A model generated the notes under the pieces. That model searched no databases and was not told where the DNA came from. It saw nothing but the letters and a program-made list of their open reading frames with translations. This document shows positions 26,257-34,970 of a DNA stretch of 36,513 bases, piece by piece; within the stretch, counting starts at the first letter, position 1; every line of letters starts with the position of its first letter. The translations under genes were made by a program, and so were the position numbers. The stretch is from the NCBI GenBank assembly GCA_050246815.1, contig JBFWVI010000032.1, positions 1-36,513 on the forward strand, written 5' to 3'. The stretch comes from Bdellovibrionales bacterium (GTDB lineage Bacteria; Bdellovibrionota; Bdellovibrionia; Bdellovibrionales; UBA1609).

Positions 26257-28502
26257 GTTTCTTGCGATGACCTCAATATCAAATCGGAGTTGCCGAACTT
26301 ATCAATGAAACGGCTGTGCCTGCGTAGTCCTGCGGCATCAATCAGCATTCTACCCGCCCATCTGTACACGTTAAACTCCTGAATTAAGCCCCTCATGCTT
26401 CTCATTCGATCGCGCTGTTCCTGTTCGGACATTTCAAGCGCAATTTTGAGGGCAGCTGCACATTGGTCAATGCTATATGGATTTACGATGATGGCATGCG
26501 GGAGTTCTCTGGATGCTCCGGTAAATTGGCTCAGTATCAAGACGCCGCGCTCGTCGTCTCGGGCTGCTACGTACTCTTTGGCGACCAGATTCATTCCATC
26601 GTGTAGGCTACTGACAAAACAAACTTCACTGGCGCGGAAGTATTTGTAGATCTGATCAGGCTCATGATGTTCGATCTTCAAGCAAATTGGCTCATACCCC
26701 TCTCTTGAGTGCTTGGCATTAATTTTTCTTGCAAGAGCACGCACCTGTGACTCAAAAAGCTGATATTGCTCAATTGTTGATCTGCTTGGTGCAGCAATTT
26801 GAACAAATGTAAACCGCCCAATCCATATAGGATTCAATTCCAGAAAACGCTCAATTGCCATGAATCTTTCAAGAATACCTTTGGTGTAATCGAGGCGGTC
26901 CACGCCGATACCAATTTTTAAATCTGCAGGGAAGCCATTGAGCGTGCGAATCTGCTGTCGACAAGTTGCAATGGTTTCTTGAGAGGCCAGCCATCGAGCG
27001 GGCCATTCTATGGATATGGGATAATGATTAACAGCGGTAAGATGTCCGCCGTAGGAGATGGTGGAGGTCTCTCGGTCGATCCGGCTTTCGATGAAGCGAT
27101 CAACCGTGTCTATAAAATTATTGCAGTGAAATCTGGTGTGAAAGCCGAGAATGCTGCTGCCAAGCAATCCATCAAGAATTTCATCTCGCCAAGGACAAAT
27201 GCCAAAAGCTTCGGGATTTGGCCACGGAATATGCCAAAAGGTAATAACTGTGGCATTGGGCAACTCGTTTTTAATTAATTTTGGTAGTAAAGCAAGATGG
27301 TAATCCTGCACCAAAATGACGGGATTGTCAGTCTTGGCCTCTTCGATCACTGTTCTGGCAAATTTCTTGTTTACGGCGACGTACTGCTTCCAATCGTTAG
27401 CTCGGAAAATCGGACGCGTATGGGCAATATGGCATAGTGGCCAAATGCCTTCGTTTGAGAAGCCGTAGTAGTAGCCCTGCTCTTCTTCTTTGGTAAGCCA
27501 CACGCGTCGAATTTGGTAGGACGGATTTTCTGGCGGAACACGAATGCGGTCGTTCTGATCTACGACTTCACGATCTGCATTTCCGCCTCCGTGGGCGATC
27601 CAGGTTCCCGAGCAAGCGCGCATGACTGGCTCAAGTGCTGTGACAAGGCCGCTTGCAGGCAATTGGACTTCAATTTTGCCATCTTTTTTGGTGTGAATGT
27701 AGGGCTCGCGGTTTGATACGATTAATATTTCGTCACCGGATAGCTCTCGATGTAGAATTTCTTTCAGTACCTTAGGGTTCCAAGTGATCTGACTTTCATC
27801 CCTTGCCTTTCTGTCGGTCTCGAGTTCGTGCACGAGCGCTCGTAGATCTTTGGCGATGGGTCGTAGTTCCGCAACTGGAAAATGGCTAAGTGATTTGACA
27901 AGGCCTTCCCCACGAATAATTGAGCGAATCCCTTCAATCCAGCCGCGCAAGCTCAGCTGCGCTACGATCACTGTTAAGGCAGAAATCAGTACAGCGAGTA
28001 GGACAAAAAAGTAGAATACAAACCACTTTGTGTCGCTGCTTCGTCTTTGTACAAAACTCATGTCGTGCACCAACACAAGGTTGCCAAGCGCATGGCTGTG
28101 TTCATCGAAAACGGGTGCATAAGCCACATGCAGAAGCCCCGAGGGAGAGTCTACGGTTCTTTCTAATGGCTCCTGCGTTGCAAATACGCTTTCGCAATCT
28201 AGAAGCTCGGGGAACGTTGGCGTTTTGACGATAAGCCTCTTTGATGAATCACAGAATCCCAAGGCGTATAGTCGTTCGTCTTGAATCATTCGGTTGAAAA
28301 GTTTGACCACTTTTGCGTGTGCACCTGCTTGAATATACGAGGCTAGTGAATCATGAACGGTGCCACTGAGTAAGCGGGTGCGCATATCAAGATCACGAGA
28401 GAACCATCTCAGGGTTAGGTTGTCGATAAGGGGTACAACTGCATAGGCCAATGTGGCGAGCACGATCATGAGGGGGAGAATAAAGCGCAATGATAATCTC
28501 AT
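26253..28502 (-). CDS. otsA: Trehalose-6-phosphate synthase (GT20) with N-terminal two-TM periplasmic domain
   Basis: VSNREP, WPLCH, QDYHL, FWHIPWP, GVDRLDYTKG, DGMNLVAKEY, LSQFTGA; extra roughly 255 aa N-terminus with two TM helices. Confidence 0.93.
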   Translation of the reverse strand: MRLSLRFILPLMIVLATLAYAVVPLIDNLTLRWFSRDLDMRTRLLSGTVHDSLASYIQAGAHAKVVKLFNRMIQDERLYALGFCDSSKRLIVKTPTFPELLDCESVFATQEPLERTVDSPSGLLHVAYAPVFDEHSHALGNLVLVHDMSFVQRRSSDTKWFVFYFFVLLAVLISALTVIVAQLSLRGWIEGIRSIIRGEGLVKSLSHFPVAELRPIAKDLRALVHELETDRKARDESQITWNPKVLKEILHRELSGDEILIVSNREPYIHTKKDGKIEVQLPASGLVTALEPVMRACSGTWIAHGGGNADREVVDQNDRIRVPPENPSYQIRRVWLTKEEEQGYYYGFSNEGIWPLCHIAHTRPIFRANDWKQYVAVNKKFARTVIEEAKTDNPVILVQDYHLALLPKLIKNELPNATVITFWHIPWPNPEAFGICPWRDEILDGLLGSSILGFHTRFHCNNFIDTVDRFIESRIDRETSTISYGGHLTAVNHYPISIEWPARWLASQETIATCRQQIRTLNGFPADLKIGIGVDRLDYTKGILERFMAIERFLELNPIWIGRFTFVQIAAPSRSTIEQYQLFESQVRALARKINAKHSREGYEPICLKIEHHEPDQIYKYFRASEVCFVSSLHDGMNLVAKEYVAARDDERGVLILSQFTGASRELPHAIIVNPYSIDQCAAALKIALEMSEQEQRDRMRSMRGLIQEFNVYRWAGRMLIDAAGLRRHSRFIDKFGNSDLILRSSQET

Positions 28503-28527
28503 TGTCGTGACATTATTCGCACTTTAC

Positions 28528-28539
28528 TTTGATATCAAA
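28528..28539. promoter_or_regulatory. Perfect 12-bp palindrome TTTGATATCAAA, candidate operator
   Basis: Lies centrally in the 55-bp divergent otsA/GH15 intergenic region. Confidence 0.45.
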
Positions 28540-28557
28540 TTAAAATAGGATTTTTTC

Positions 28558-30336
28558 ATGTATCAATTGGGACTTATTGGAAATTGCCAAACGTCGGCTT
28601 TGATTGATCAATCCGGGGCAATCGCTTGGCTTTGTTTGCCGCGCCCCGACAGCCCCCCAGTTTTTGGCCGAATACTTGATGAGCAGGGGGGGCATTTTGC
28701 TATTACCCCAACTGAAGAGTATGAAACTCATCAAAGATACCTACCCAATACAAATGTTCTAGTGACAACGATGACTTGCGCGGACGGAAGTGAATTACGA
28801 ATCACGGATTTTTGCCCCAGATTTGAGCAGCATGGGCGCATGTATCGCCCTATGTCACTCTTTCGTATCGTCGAGCCAATTAAGGGAGCTCCCACGATCC
28901 GGGTTTCTTGTCGGCCGGTGGTGGGCTGGGAAAGAGAGTGGGCAATTGCGATTAGGGGGAATAGTCACGTTAAATATGAAATTCGCAACGATACTTTAAG
29001 GGTCGTGACCAATATGTCCCTGACTTATTTATGCGAGGAAGCGGCATTTACCTTGCAGGAAAAGCTTTATTTCGGCGTTACCTGGGGAACTGGAATTGGC
29101 GATGACCTGGAAAAAGTGACTTTAGATTTTTTAGATCGAACGATCGGCTACTGGCAGACATGGGTTAAGCATTGCTCGATACCAACCCAATTTCAGAATG
29201 AAACGATCCGCTCAGCATTAGCGCTCAAGCTGCATTGCTATGAAGATACTGGAGCAATTCTAGCCGCTTTAACAACAAGCCTTCCCGAAGATGTTGGCCA
29301 GGGTCGTAATTGGGATTATCGATTTTGTTGGTTACGTGATGCTGCTTTTGTACTTTCGGCATTTCACAATCTAGGACATTTTGAAGAAATGGAAGGATTT
29401 CTTAAGTTTCTTTTGAACATAGCTCATAAGCACGAACATTCGCGTGATCGGCTGCGCCCTGTTTATGCCCTGGATCAGACGTTGCCGTTGCCCGAAAGGG
29501 AGCATTTGAATTGGCAGGGCTACTGTGGGTCTCGGCCTGTCAGAAGCAATAATCAAGCGGCCGAGCATGTTCAAAATGATGTATACGGTGAAATGATTTT
29601 GACGCTTGCCCCTATTTTTTTTGACGAACGCTTTTGGCATTTGCGAACGGAGCAACACGAGAACCTTTTACTCAGTCTGACCGATCTTTGTATAAAAAAT
29701 ATTTCAAAGCCTGACGCTGGCTTGTGGGAGTTTCGAAACGGTTGGCAGGAGCACTCGTTTTCTAATTTGATGAGCTGGGCGGGTATCGAACGAGTAGCAC
29801 GAATTAAAGAAAAGGGCTTTTTGCAAGCTCTTGATGGGCGCCTGCTGTTAGCTGCCAAAGAAAGCGCGGAGCGAGCGCTTAAGAGAGCTATTCAGGATGG
29901 GTCCTTAAGGAATGGGCCAGATGATAAGAGTTTAGATGCCGCGCTTTTGCTGCTGCCTATCCTTCATTTCCCGGATCTTGAGCTATGCAAAGAGACAGTT
30001 GCACAAATCGCAGAAGGCCTACGCTTGAAATCAGAGGGCGGTGCACAGGGTTTTCTCTATCGCTATACTAGAAAAGATGATTTTGGCACTCCAAACTCAG
30101 CATTTTTGTTGTGCTCCTTTTGGCTGGTTCAAGCTCTGGCGCAGGTCGGAAATCTAAAACTTGCCAGAGAAGTGCTGTCAGAAGCGGCTAAGGCGGCCAA
30201 CCAACTTGGGTTATTTTCAGAACATTTTTTTCCAGGTCAGAGTAGGCAAGGTGGAAACTATCCTCAAGCCTACTCACATGTTGGGATGATCAATGCCGCG
30301 TTCTCTGTCAGTCCGCCATGGAGTGAAATTCTTTAA
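28558..30336 (+). CDS. Glycoside hydrolase family 15 protein (trehalase/glucoamylase-like)
   Basis: LIGNCQTSAL, TTSLPE, RNWDYRFCWLRD, GLWEFR, LFSEH, GNYPQAYSHVG. Confidence 0.93.
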   Translation: MYQLGLIGNCQTSALIDQSGAIAWLCLPRPDSPPVFGRILDEQGGHFAITPTEEYETHQRYLPNTNVLVTTMTCADGSELRITDFCPRFEQHGRMYRPMSLFRIVEPIKGAPTIRVSCRPVVGWEREWAIAIRGNSHVKYEIRNDTLRVVTNMSLTYLCEEAAFTLQEKLYFGVTWGTGIGDDLEKVTLDFLDRTIGYWQTWVKHCSIPTQFQNETIRSALALKLHCYEDTGAILAALTTSLPEDVGQGRNWDYRFCWLRDAAFVLSAFHNLGHFEEMEGFLKFLLNIAHKHEHSRDRLRPVYALDQTLPLPEREHLNWQGYCGSRPVRSNNQAAEHVQNDVYGEMILTLAPIFFDERFWHLRTEQHENLLLSLTDLCIKNISKPDAGLWEFRNGWQEHSFSNLMSWAGIERVARIKEKGFLQALDGRLLLAAKESAERALKRAIQDGSLRNGPDDKSLDAALLLLPILHFPDLELCKETVAQIAEGLRLKSEGGAQGFLYRYTRKDDFGTPNSAFLLCSFWLVQALAQVGNLKLAREVLSEAAKAANQLGLFSEHFFPGQSRQGGNYPQAYSHVGMINAAFSVSPPWSEIL

Positions 30337-30366
30337 TGTGCAGTTTACTGAGTTGAGCGCTTATGC

Positions 30367-31362
30367 CTATCCAACCCAATAAAGAATCAGCAGTGCTCCA
30401 ATTACAATTCCGATTATGGCAAATGCGTCCGGCTCGATGAATTTTTTGCGCTTCTCTACCTGATAGAGTTGTCCCATTACTGCCACGGAAGTTGCCAGCA
30501 CAACTGTCAAAGCTGTAACAAAATGCATGTGCGATATCGCAGCTAACAAGTTGCCTTTATGAAACAAATCAAGCGGGACCAGAAGTATCATATTGAACGA
30601 GTTGCTGCCAAAGATGTTTCCGACTGCAAGATCAAATGCACCCATGCGAATGGCTGCAATGGTGGATACAACTTCGGGCAAAGATGTGCAAAATGCGACT
30701 AGCGATGAACCGATAAACGTATTTCCAAGCCCTGAAATATCAGCAATTTCACCCGCTGACTCAGCTAGATATGGAGCTGCGATGAAGACGGAAAGTGCAC
30801 TGGCAAAGTAAATCGAAAATTCTTTGGCCAGTCGAGTTCTATCAACCGGGGGGTTCCTGGTTGCGCCTTCGGGGGTGAGAATTTTTTGATCGTAGTATAC
30901 GAGGCGCAGGCCGAGTGTGTAGGCGATGGCTATTGCCAATGGGCCAATGCCGATTTCTCCCAAATTGAAGGCGGCAAGTTGAGGGCCCAAAAAAGCTGCG
31001 ATGCATGCAATGATGGTCACGTTAATGCTAAGGGCGGCCGATAAAGCATGTTGGGCCCCGGCTCGAGAAAACATTTTATTTGGATTACGATGGCAAAGAT
31101 CTGCGATCGCAAGAATCAGCAGGTTCATCAGGCTGCTTCCCATGAGGTCGCCGACTGCAATGTCTGGCAGACCCTCGCGAATGGCGCTGATATCGACCAT
31201 CAATTCAGGCAGAGAGGTCGCGCCCGCAAGCAAAATGCTTCCGGCAAACAATCGACCCATTCCTGTTAGTTCGCCAATCACGTCGGTCGACCGGGCTAGA
31301 AAAATTCCAGCCAATATAATTGCGAGAGAAGAAATTCCGAATTGAACCAAAGCATCGGTCAG
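30367..31362 (-). CDS. Sodium/calcium (CaCA, YrbG-like) antiporter
   Basis: Alpha repeats GATSLPEL...GDLMGSS and CTSLPEV...GNIFGSN; start is either CTG 31362 (7 nt after AAGGAG) or TTG 31350. Confidence 0.9.
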   Translation of the reverse strand: MTDALVQFGISSLAIILAGIFLARSTDVIGELTGMGRLFAGSILLAGATSLPELMVDISAIREGLPDIAVGDLMGSSLMNLLILAIADLCHRNPNKMFSRAGAQHALSAALSINVTIIACIAAFLGPQLAAFNLGEIGIGPLAIAIAYTLGLRLVYYDQKILTPEGATRNPPVDRTRLAKEFSIYFASALSVFIAAPYLAESAGEIADISGLGNTFIGSSLVAFCTSLPEVVSTIAAIRMGAFDLAVGNIFGSNSFNMILLVPLDLFHKGNLLAAISHMHFVTALTVVLATSVAVMGQLYQVEKRKKFIEPDAFAIIGIVIGALLILYWVG

Positions 31363-31398
31363 AGTCGTGCTCCTTGCGGTTGCGAGTCCAAAGTATTT

Positions 31399-31950
31399 TT
31401 ACTCAGTTAATTTGCAATTTCCAGTTTCATTTTCTTCTAAACCATAAAAATAACGTTGTGCTATGGAAGGAGTGGTTCTGATATGATTTGATGCAACGAC
31501 AAGCTCATAGCCAGAGGTGTTATTCCCCCAGATCGAAAGCTCGTCTACCTTGCGCAATTGAATTACTGCGTTTTTTAATTCGACGGTTTCATCAATTTTT
31601 GTACTCATGTCGATAGTACCAGTTACTTTGATGCTCAATTGGTTGACTTGGCAGGTTAAAATTTTAGAGTCAGTATTTGCAAGTTTGCATTTTTTAATTG
31701 GACTCAAAAAGCTGATATCAACATTCCCCCACATATCCTGAGCAGGAAGATTTATCAGGTTGGCATAGACACCCAAATCTTGACCTGACGAATTAAATTT
31801 AATTTGGTCACCATCAACTCGAGCTTCTAAGCGGTTGTAGGCGAAAGTGCCGTCCCAACAGCTCATGGAATAATTCATTGGCAAGTCCTGACTGGCAAAA
31901 GCCACACTAGTCATAAGTGTCATTAGTGTAACGAATAAATTTGTTTTCAT
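31399..31950 (-). CDS. Hypothetical secreted protein (183 aa, four Cys)
   Basis: GGGGG RBS before ATG 31950; signal peptide MKTNLFVTLMTLMTSVAFA; divergent from LysR. Confidence 0.75.
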   Translation of the reverse strand: MKTNLFVTLMTLMTSVAFASQDLPMNYSMSCWDGTFAYNRLEARVDGDQIKFNSSGQDLGVYANLINLPAQDMWGNVDISFLSPIKKCKLANTDSKILTCQVNQLSIKVTGTIDMSTKIDETVELKNAVIQLRKVDELSIWGNNTSGYELVVASNHIRTTPSIAQRYFYGLEENETGNCKLTE

Positions 31951-32031
31951 ACGAGCCCCCTGTGTTTTTAATCCAACAACCCAAGCTGGATTTTGATTAA
32001 TGTACAATTGTTTCAAGACAAAGGTAAAATA

Positions 32032-32053
32032 ATATTATATGTATATATAATAT
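32032..32053. promoter_or_regulatory. 9-4-9 inverted repeat overlapping a TATAAT box in the LysR divergent region
   Basis: ATATTATAT-GTAT-ATATAATAT; TATAAT at 32046-32051; AT-rich context lowers significance. Confidence 0.4.
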
Positions 32054-32065
32054 AGGTGATTACTT

Positions 32066-32896
32066 ATGAAATACCGAGTTTCTGATATTGAGAATTTCGT
32101 TGCAACGGTCGGCAGCAGAACGATTATGGAGGCGGCTAGAAAAATCGGCATTAGTCAACCGGCCCTTTCAGAAAGTCTAAAGCGACTTGAGTCTGACATT
32201 GGTGCAGTCGTGTTTTATCGCTCACGAACTGGAATTCAGCTTACTCCAAGCGGTAAGTTATTTTTGTCGAGAGCGGATAGGGTCTTGGATGCTTTGGGTT
32301 CATTGGAGTTATCTGAAGGAGAAGGGCACATTTTTTCCGGCAAAACCATCACTATTGGCTGCCATGCTGCTGTTGCCCAATATGCCATACCAAAAACCCT
32401 TGCGTATATAGCGAGAGCGGCTCCTGACTATAAAGTTGAAATACGTCATGACCTTTCTCGAAATATACAGCTTGAAATTCAAAGAGGTAATATTGATGTT
32501 GGAATTATCATTAATCCGGTCGAAGTCCCAGATATTGTGATCAAGAAAATTGCTTCTGATATCGTAAGAGTTTGGTCCTGCAAAAATAGCTTTGATAAAA
32601 GTACAATCATCTGCAATTCAGCACTGCTTCAGACTCAACATATTCTTAGAAGGTGGAAGGATAAGCCTTCGAGAATTATAAATACGGATAGCTTGGAATT
32701 GATATGTCGTCTAACGAATGAAGCTCTAGGGTTTGGAATAATTCCACAACGGGCATTAGACTTGATAGGATTTGACCTAAAAGCGAATAACTCAATCCCT
32801 TCCTATCATGATCAAATATGCTTAGTGCATAGACCAGAGTTTGGAGCTAATAAGTCGGAAGCTTTGGTGTGCGAAGCAATTAAGGCAGCGTTATAG
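32066..32896 (+). CDS. LysR family transcriptional regulator
   Basis: AARKIGISQPALSESLKRLE...FYRSRTGIQLTPSG HTH; 276 aa. Confidence 0.95.
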   Translation: MKYRVSDIENFVATVGSRTIMEAARKIGISQPALSESLKRLESDIGAVVFYRSRTGIQLTPSGKLFLSRADRVLDALGSLELSEGEGHIFSGKTITIGCHAAVAQYAIPKTLAYIARAAPDYKVEIRHDLSRNIQLEIQRGNIDVGIIINPVEVPDIVIKKIASDIVRVWSCKNSFDKSTIICNSALLQTQHILRRWKDKPSRIINTDSLELICRLTNEALGFGIIPQRALDLIGFDLKANNSIPSYHDQICLVHRPEFGANKSEALVCEAIKAAL

Positions 32897-32934
32897 GTAA
32901 TGAAAAAAGATCGTCTGCTACAGTCGGATTTTTG

Positions 32935-32949
32935 AAGCCGGCCAGGTCA
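32935..32949 (-). mobile_element. Isolated IS3-family terminal inverted repeat remnant
   Basis: Minus strand reads TGACCTGGCCGGCTT, identical to the first 15 nt of the IS end at 36316; no transposase behind it (53 bp to the LysR stop). Confidence 0.65.
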
Positions 32950-33273
32950 ATTAAACCCGAACAAAAGTGATTGCGTGGCACCGTTTTTAACACCTGTACT
33001 ACGTAGTTCATGAGGGGTGAGGCCAGGCATGTTGGTGTTCAGATTCCAAAGTGTGAGTTTTTCGTTGAGCGACGGAGCAATAGTTGATTCTTCTTTGTGA
33101 TATACCGTTCCGTCTTTGCCTGTCGCTGTAAACGCAATCGAGAACCCGCGCCCATCGAGAAGGGGTTGTAAAGAAAATGATCCTACGAAAGGTTGGCCCT
33201 CGTGATTGATTCCCTCACCACGATATGTACCAACCAGATGAGATAGATTCTGTAAAATTTCTTTCAAGTTCAT
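32947..33273 (-). pseudogene. Hypothetical beta-barrel (nitrobindin/lipocalin-like) protein, probably 3'-truncated
   Basis: LSHLVGTYRGEG start motif; its TGA stop is the first three bases of the IS end at 32949; ATGA overlap with the upstream VOC gene. Confidence 0.55.
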
Positions 33274-33653
33274 TTGCTAACTCGCTTTCTGCAAACGGCT
33301 TCAACATTATTGCCGTCAAGATCTATGACAAATGCTCCATAATAGTCCTCATGATAATGAGGTCTTGGACCAGGCTTACCATTGTCTTTGCCGCCAGCCT
33401 CAATAGCTGCCGTGTAGAATTCATCCACGATTGAGTTTGAGTCGGCTGACCAAGCTAAATGAAACGGACCACTTACAGGAGTATCAGTGGTGAACCATGT
33501 ATCCATTTTTCCATTTCTTGTGAACCCAATAACGCGAGTACCATCGAAATTTTCATCAAAACCCAACTTGTATCCGAGTGGCTGTAGGGCTTTGCTATAA
33601 AATTCGATTGTTTTTTCGATGTCTCTTACTCGAATGGTCACATGGTCAATCAT
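33270..33653 (-). CDS. VOC/glyoxalase family protein
   Basis: MIDHVTIRVRD, HLAW, GGKDNGKPGPRPHYHEDYYGAFVIDLDGNNVEAV. Confidence 0.93.
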   Translation of the reverse strand: MIDHVTIRVRDIEKTIEFYSKALQPLGYKLGFDENFDGTRVIGFTRNGKMDTWFTTDTPVSGPFHLAWSADSNSIVDEFYTAAIEAGGKDNGKPGPRPHYHEDYYGAFVIDLDGNNVEAVCRKRVSK

Positions 33654-33654
33654 A

Positions 33655-33936
33655 TTACTTCCCCTCCCTTAGATCCTGATAACGACGTTTAACTTCTTTT
33701 AAAAAGGCACTTCGTTGAGTTGCTGTCGAATCGAAGGGGATAACTAACTCTTTACCCCATGTATCTCCATCTCGAACATCTGCCCATCGTTGACCATTTT
33801 TGTCGTGAAAGTGCAAAAACGGTTTTGATTTGAGATAGAATATATTTAGGCTTTTTTCTTTGATGTTTTCCCATGATCGAATTTGGGCGATTACCTCTTG
33901 AAGATCCTTAAGTTTGTCAGGTGAAGTGTGACCCAT
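33655..33936 (-). CDS. Hypothetical protein (93 aa) with FLHFHD motif
   Basis: ATG 33936 lies 1 nt after the Rid stop; 1 nt gap to the VOC start; operon packing. Confidence 0.75.
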   Translation of the reverse strand: MGHTSPDKLKDLQEVIAQIRSWENIKEKSLNIFYLKSKPFLHFHDKNGQRWADVRDGDTWGKELVIPFDSTATQRSAFLKEVKRRYQDLREGK

Positions 33937-33937
33937 T

Positions 33938-34396
33938 CTAGGCTCTTTCCCTAGCAATGGCATCGGCCTCAATTTCAACAAGCATATCAGGATCAATTAG
34001 AGACTTAACTTCAACCATAGTTGTGGCTGGTGGATGGTCGGCAAAGAACTCGCCATGAGCGCGACCGAATTCCTGCCACTTGGTAATATCAGTTACGAAA
34101 ATTCGTGTGCGGATAATATCTGTTCGATTTGCACCAAGAGGCAGAATAGCTTTTTCAATGATTTCGAGACACCGCTTGGCTTGTTCATATGGCTTACCAG
34201 GAGCAAAGATTTTTCCATCATCTGTAACTGGAGCAGTGCCAGTTACAGCAATAGTGTCTCCCATACGAATTGCGCGGCAATAACCCACGATCTTTTCCCA
34301 AGGAGCACCGCTGAAGGTTCTTTGGGGGGTATTTGAATTTGTGATTGGTTTAGAGAGTTTAAGTTCGGCACTTGAAGGGGATATTTCAGATTTCAT
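33938..34396 (-). CDS. Rid (YjgF/YER057c/UK114) family protein
   Basis: SGAPWEKIVGYCRA, VTGT, RTRIFVTDI, PPATTMVEV, LVEIEADA. Confidence 0.93.
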   Translation of the reverse strand: MKSEISPSSAELKLSKPITNSNTPQRTFSGAPWEKIVGYCRAIRMGDTIAVTGTAPVTDDGKIFAPGKPYEQAKRCLEIIEKAILPLGANRTDIIRTRIFVTDITKWQEFGRAHGEFFADHPPATTMVEVKSLIDPDMLVEIEADAIARERA

Positions 34397-34639
34397 TTTT
34401 CTACCCCTTGAACTTTTGTACCTTTGAGCGCCTTCCCTGAAGTTTTAAATTTTGTTTTCTTCCGTCTTTTCTTTCACTTACCAATTCTCGTGTGTACGAA
34501 AATTGGTTGCTTCGTATGGGGCTAAGTTATCTTAAAGACATAGCTATCCTGTATCGCCAAAAAGTCGCCATCGCTATTTTGGACTTGGTAGCTCGTACTA
34601 TCCAGTCGTAGGTTAGTGTATCCAACGAGCTGCCTAGAT

Positions 34640-34679
34640 ATTGGTTGATTTTTACCTATATTGGTGACAATATACCTAT
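34640..34679 (+). promoter_or_regulatory. Tandem palindromic operator ATTGGT-N8-ACCTAT x2 overlapping the TA promoter
   Basis: Two copies with an exact 20-bp period (34640-34659, 34660-34679); TTGATT (34645-34650)-N17-CAATAT (34668-34673); ATG at 34680. Confidence 0.65.
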
Positions 34680-34970
34680 ATGAAGGCACATCTTAGATAT
34701 TTCAGTAAGAGTATAGTTCATGGGCATTATCTGGTGAAGCTTTCAATACATGATGTCGGTGTGACTGAAAAATACCCTGACGGGATTAAGTACGGTTTGA
34801 TCTGCAAGAATCTGAAAACAGGGAAGCAAGTGTTGCTTGATAACCACCATCCAAAAGGCCCGCATGTTCATATTAATGAAAATGAATTTGCTTATGATTA
34901 TGTAAATGACGACCAGCTTATTGAGGATTTTAAACAGTTCGTTTTAAACGAGCTAGGAGTGAAGCTATGA
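34680..34970 (+). CDS. DUF6516/TumE-like toxin of a toxin-antitoxin pair
   Basis: YPDGIKYGL...DNHHPKGPHVH motif; 96 aa; ATGA-coupled to an HTH gene. Confidence 0.8.
   Translation: MKAHLRYFSKSIVHGHYLVKLSIHDVGVTEKYPDGIKYGLICKNLKTGKQVLLDNHHPKGPHVHINENEFAYDYVNDDQLIEDFKQFVLNELGVKL

Noticed and set aside
28528..28539. FNR box interpretation of TTTGATATCAAA
   Set aside because: FNR needs TTGAT-N4-ATCAA; here the half-sites have no spacer
34481..34506. Hairpin CCAATT-C-TCGT-GTGT-ACGA-A-AATTGG between the Rid operon and TA pair
   Set aside because: AT-rich stem with a mismatch, not downstream of any gene; insufficient for a terminator or ncRNA call
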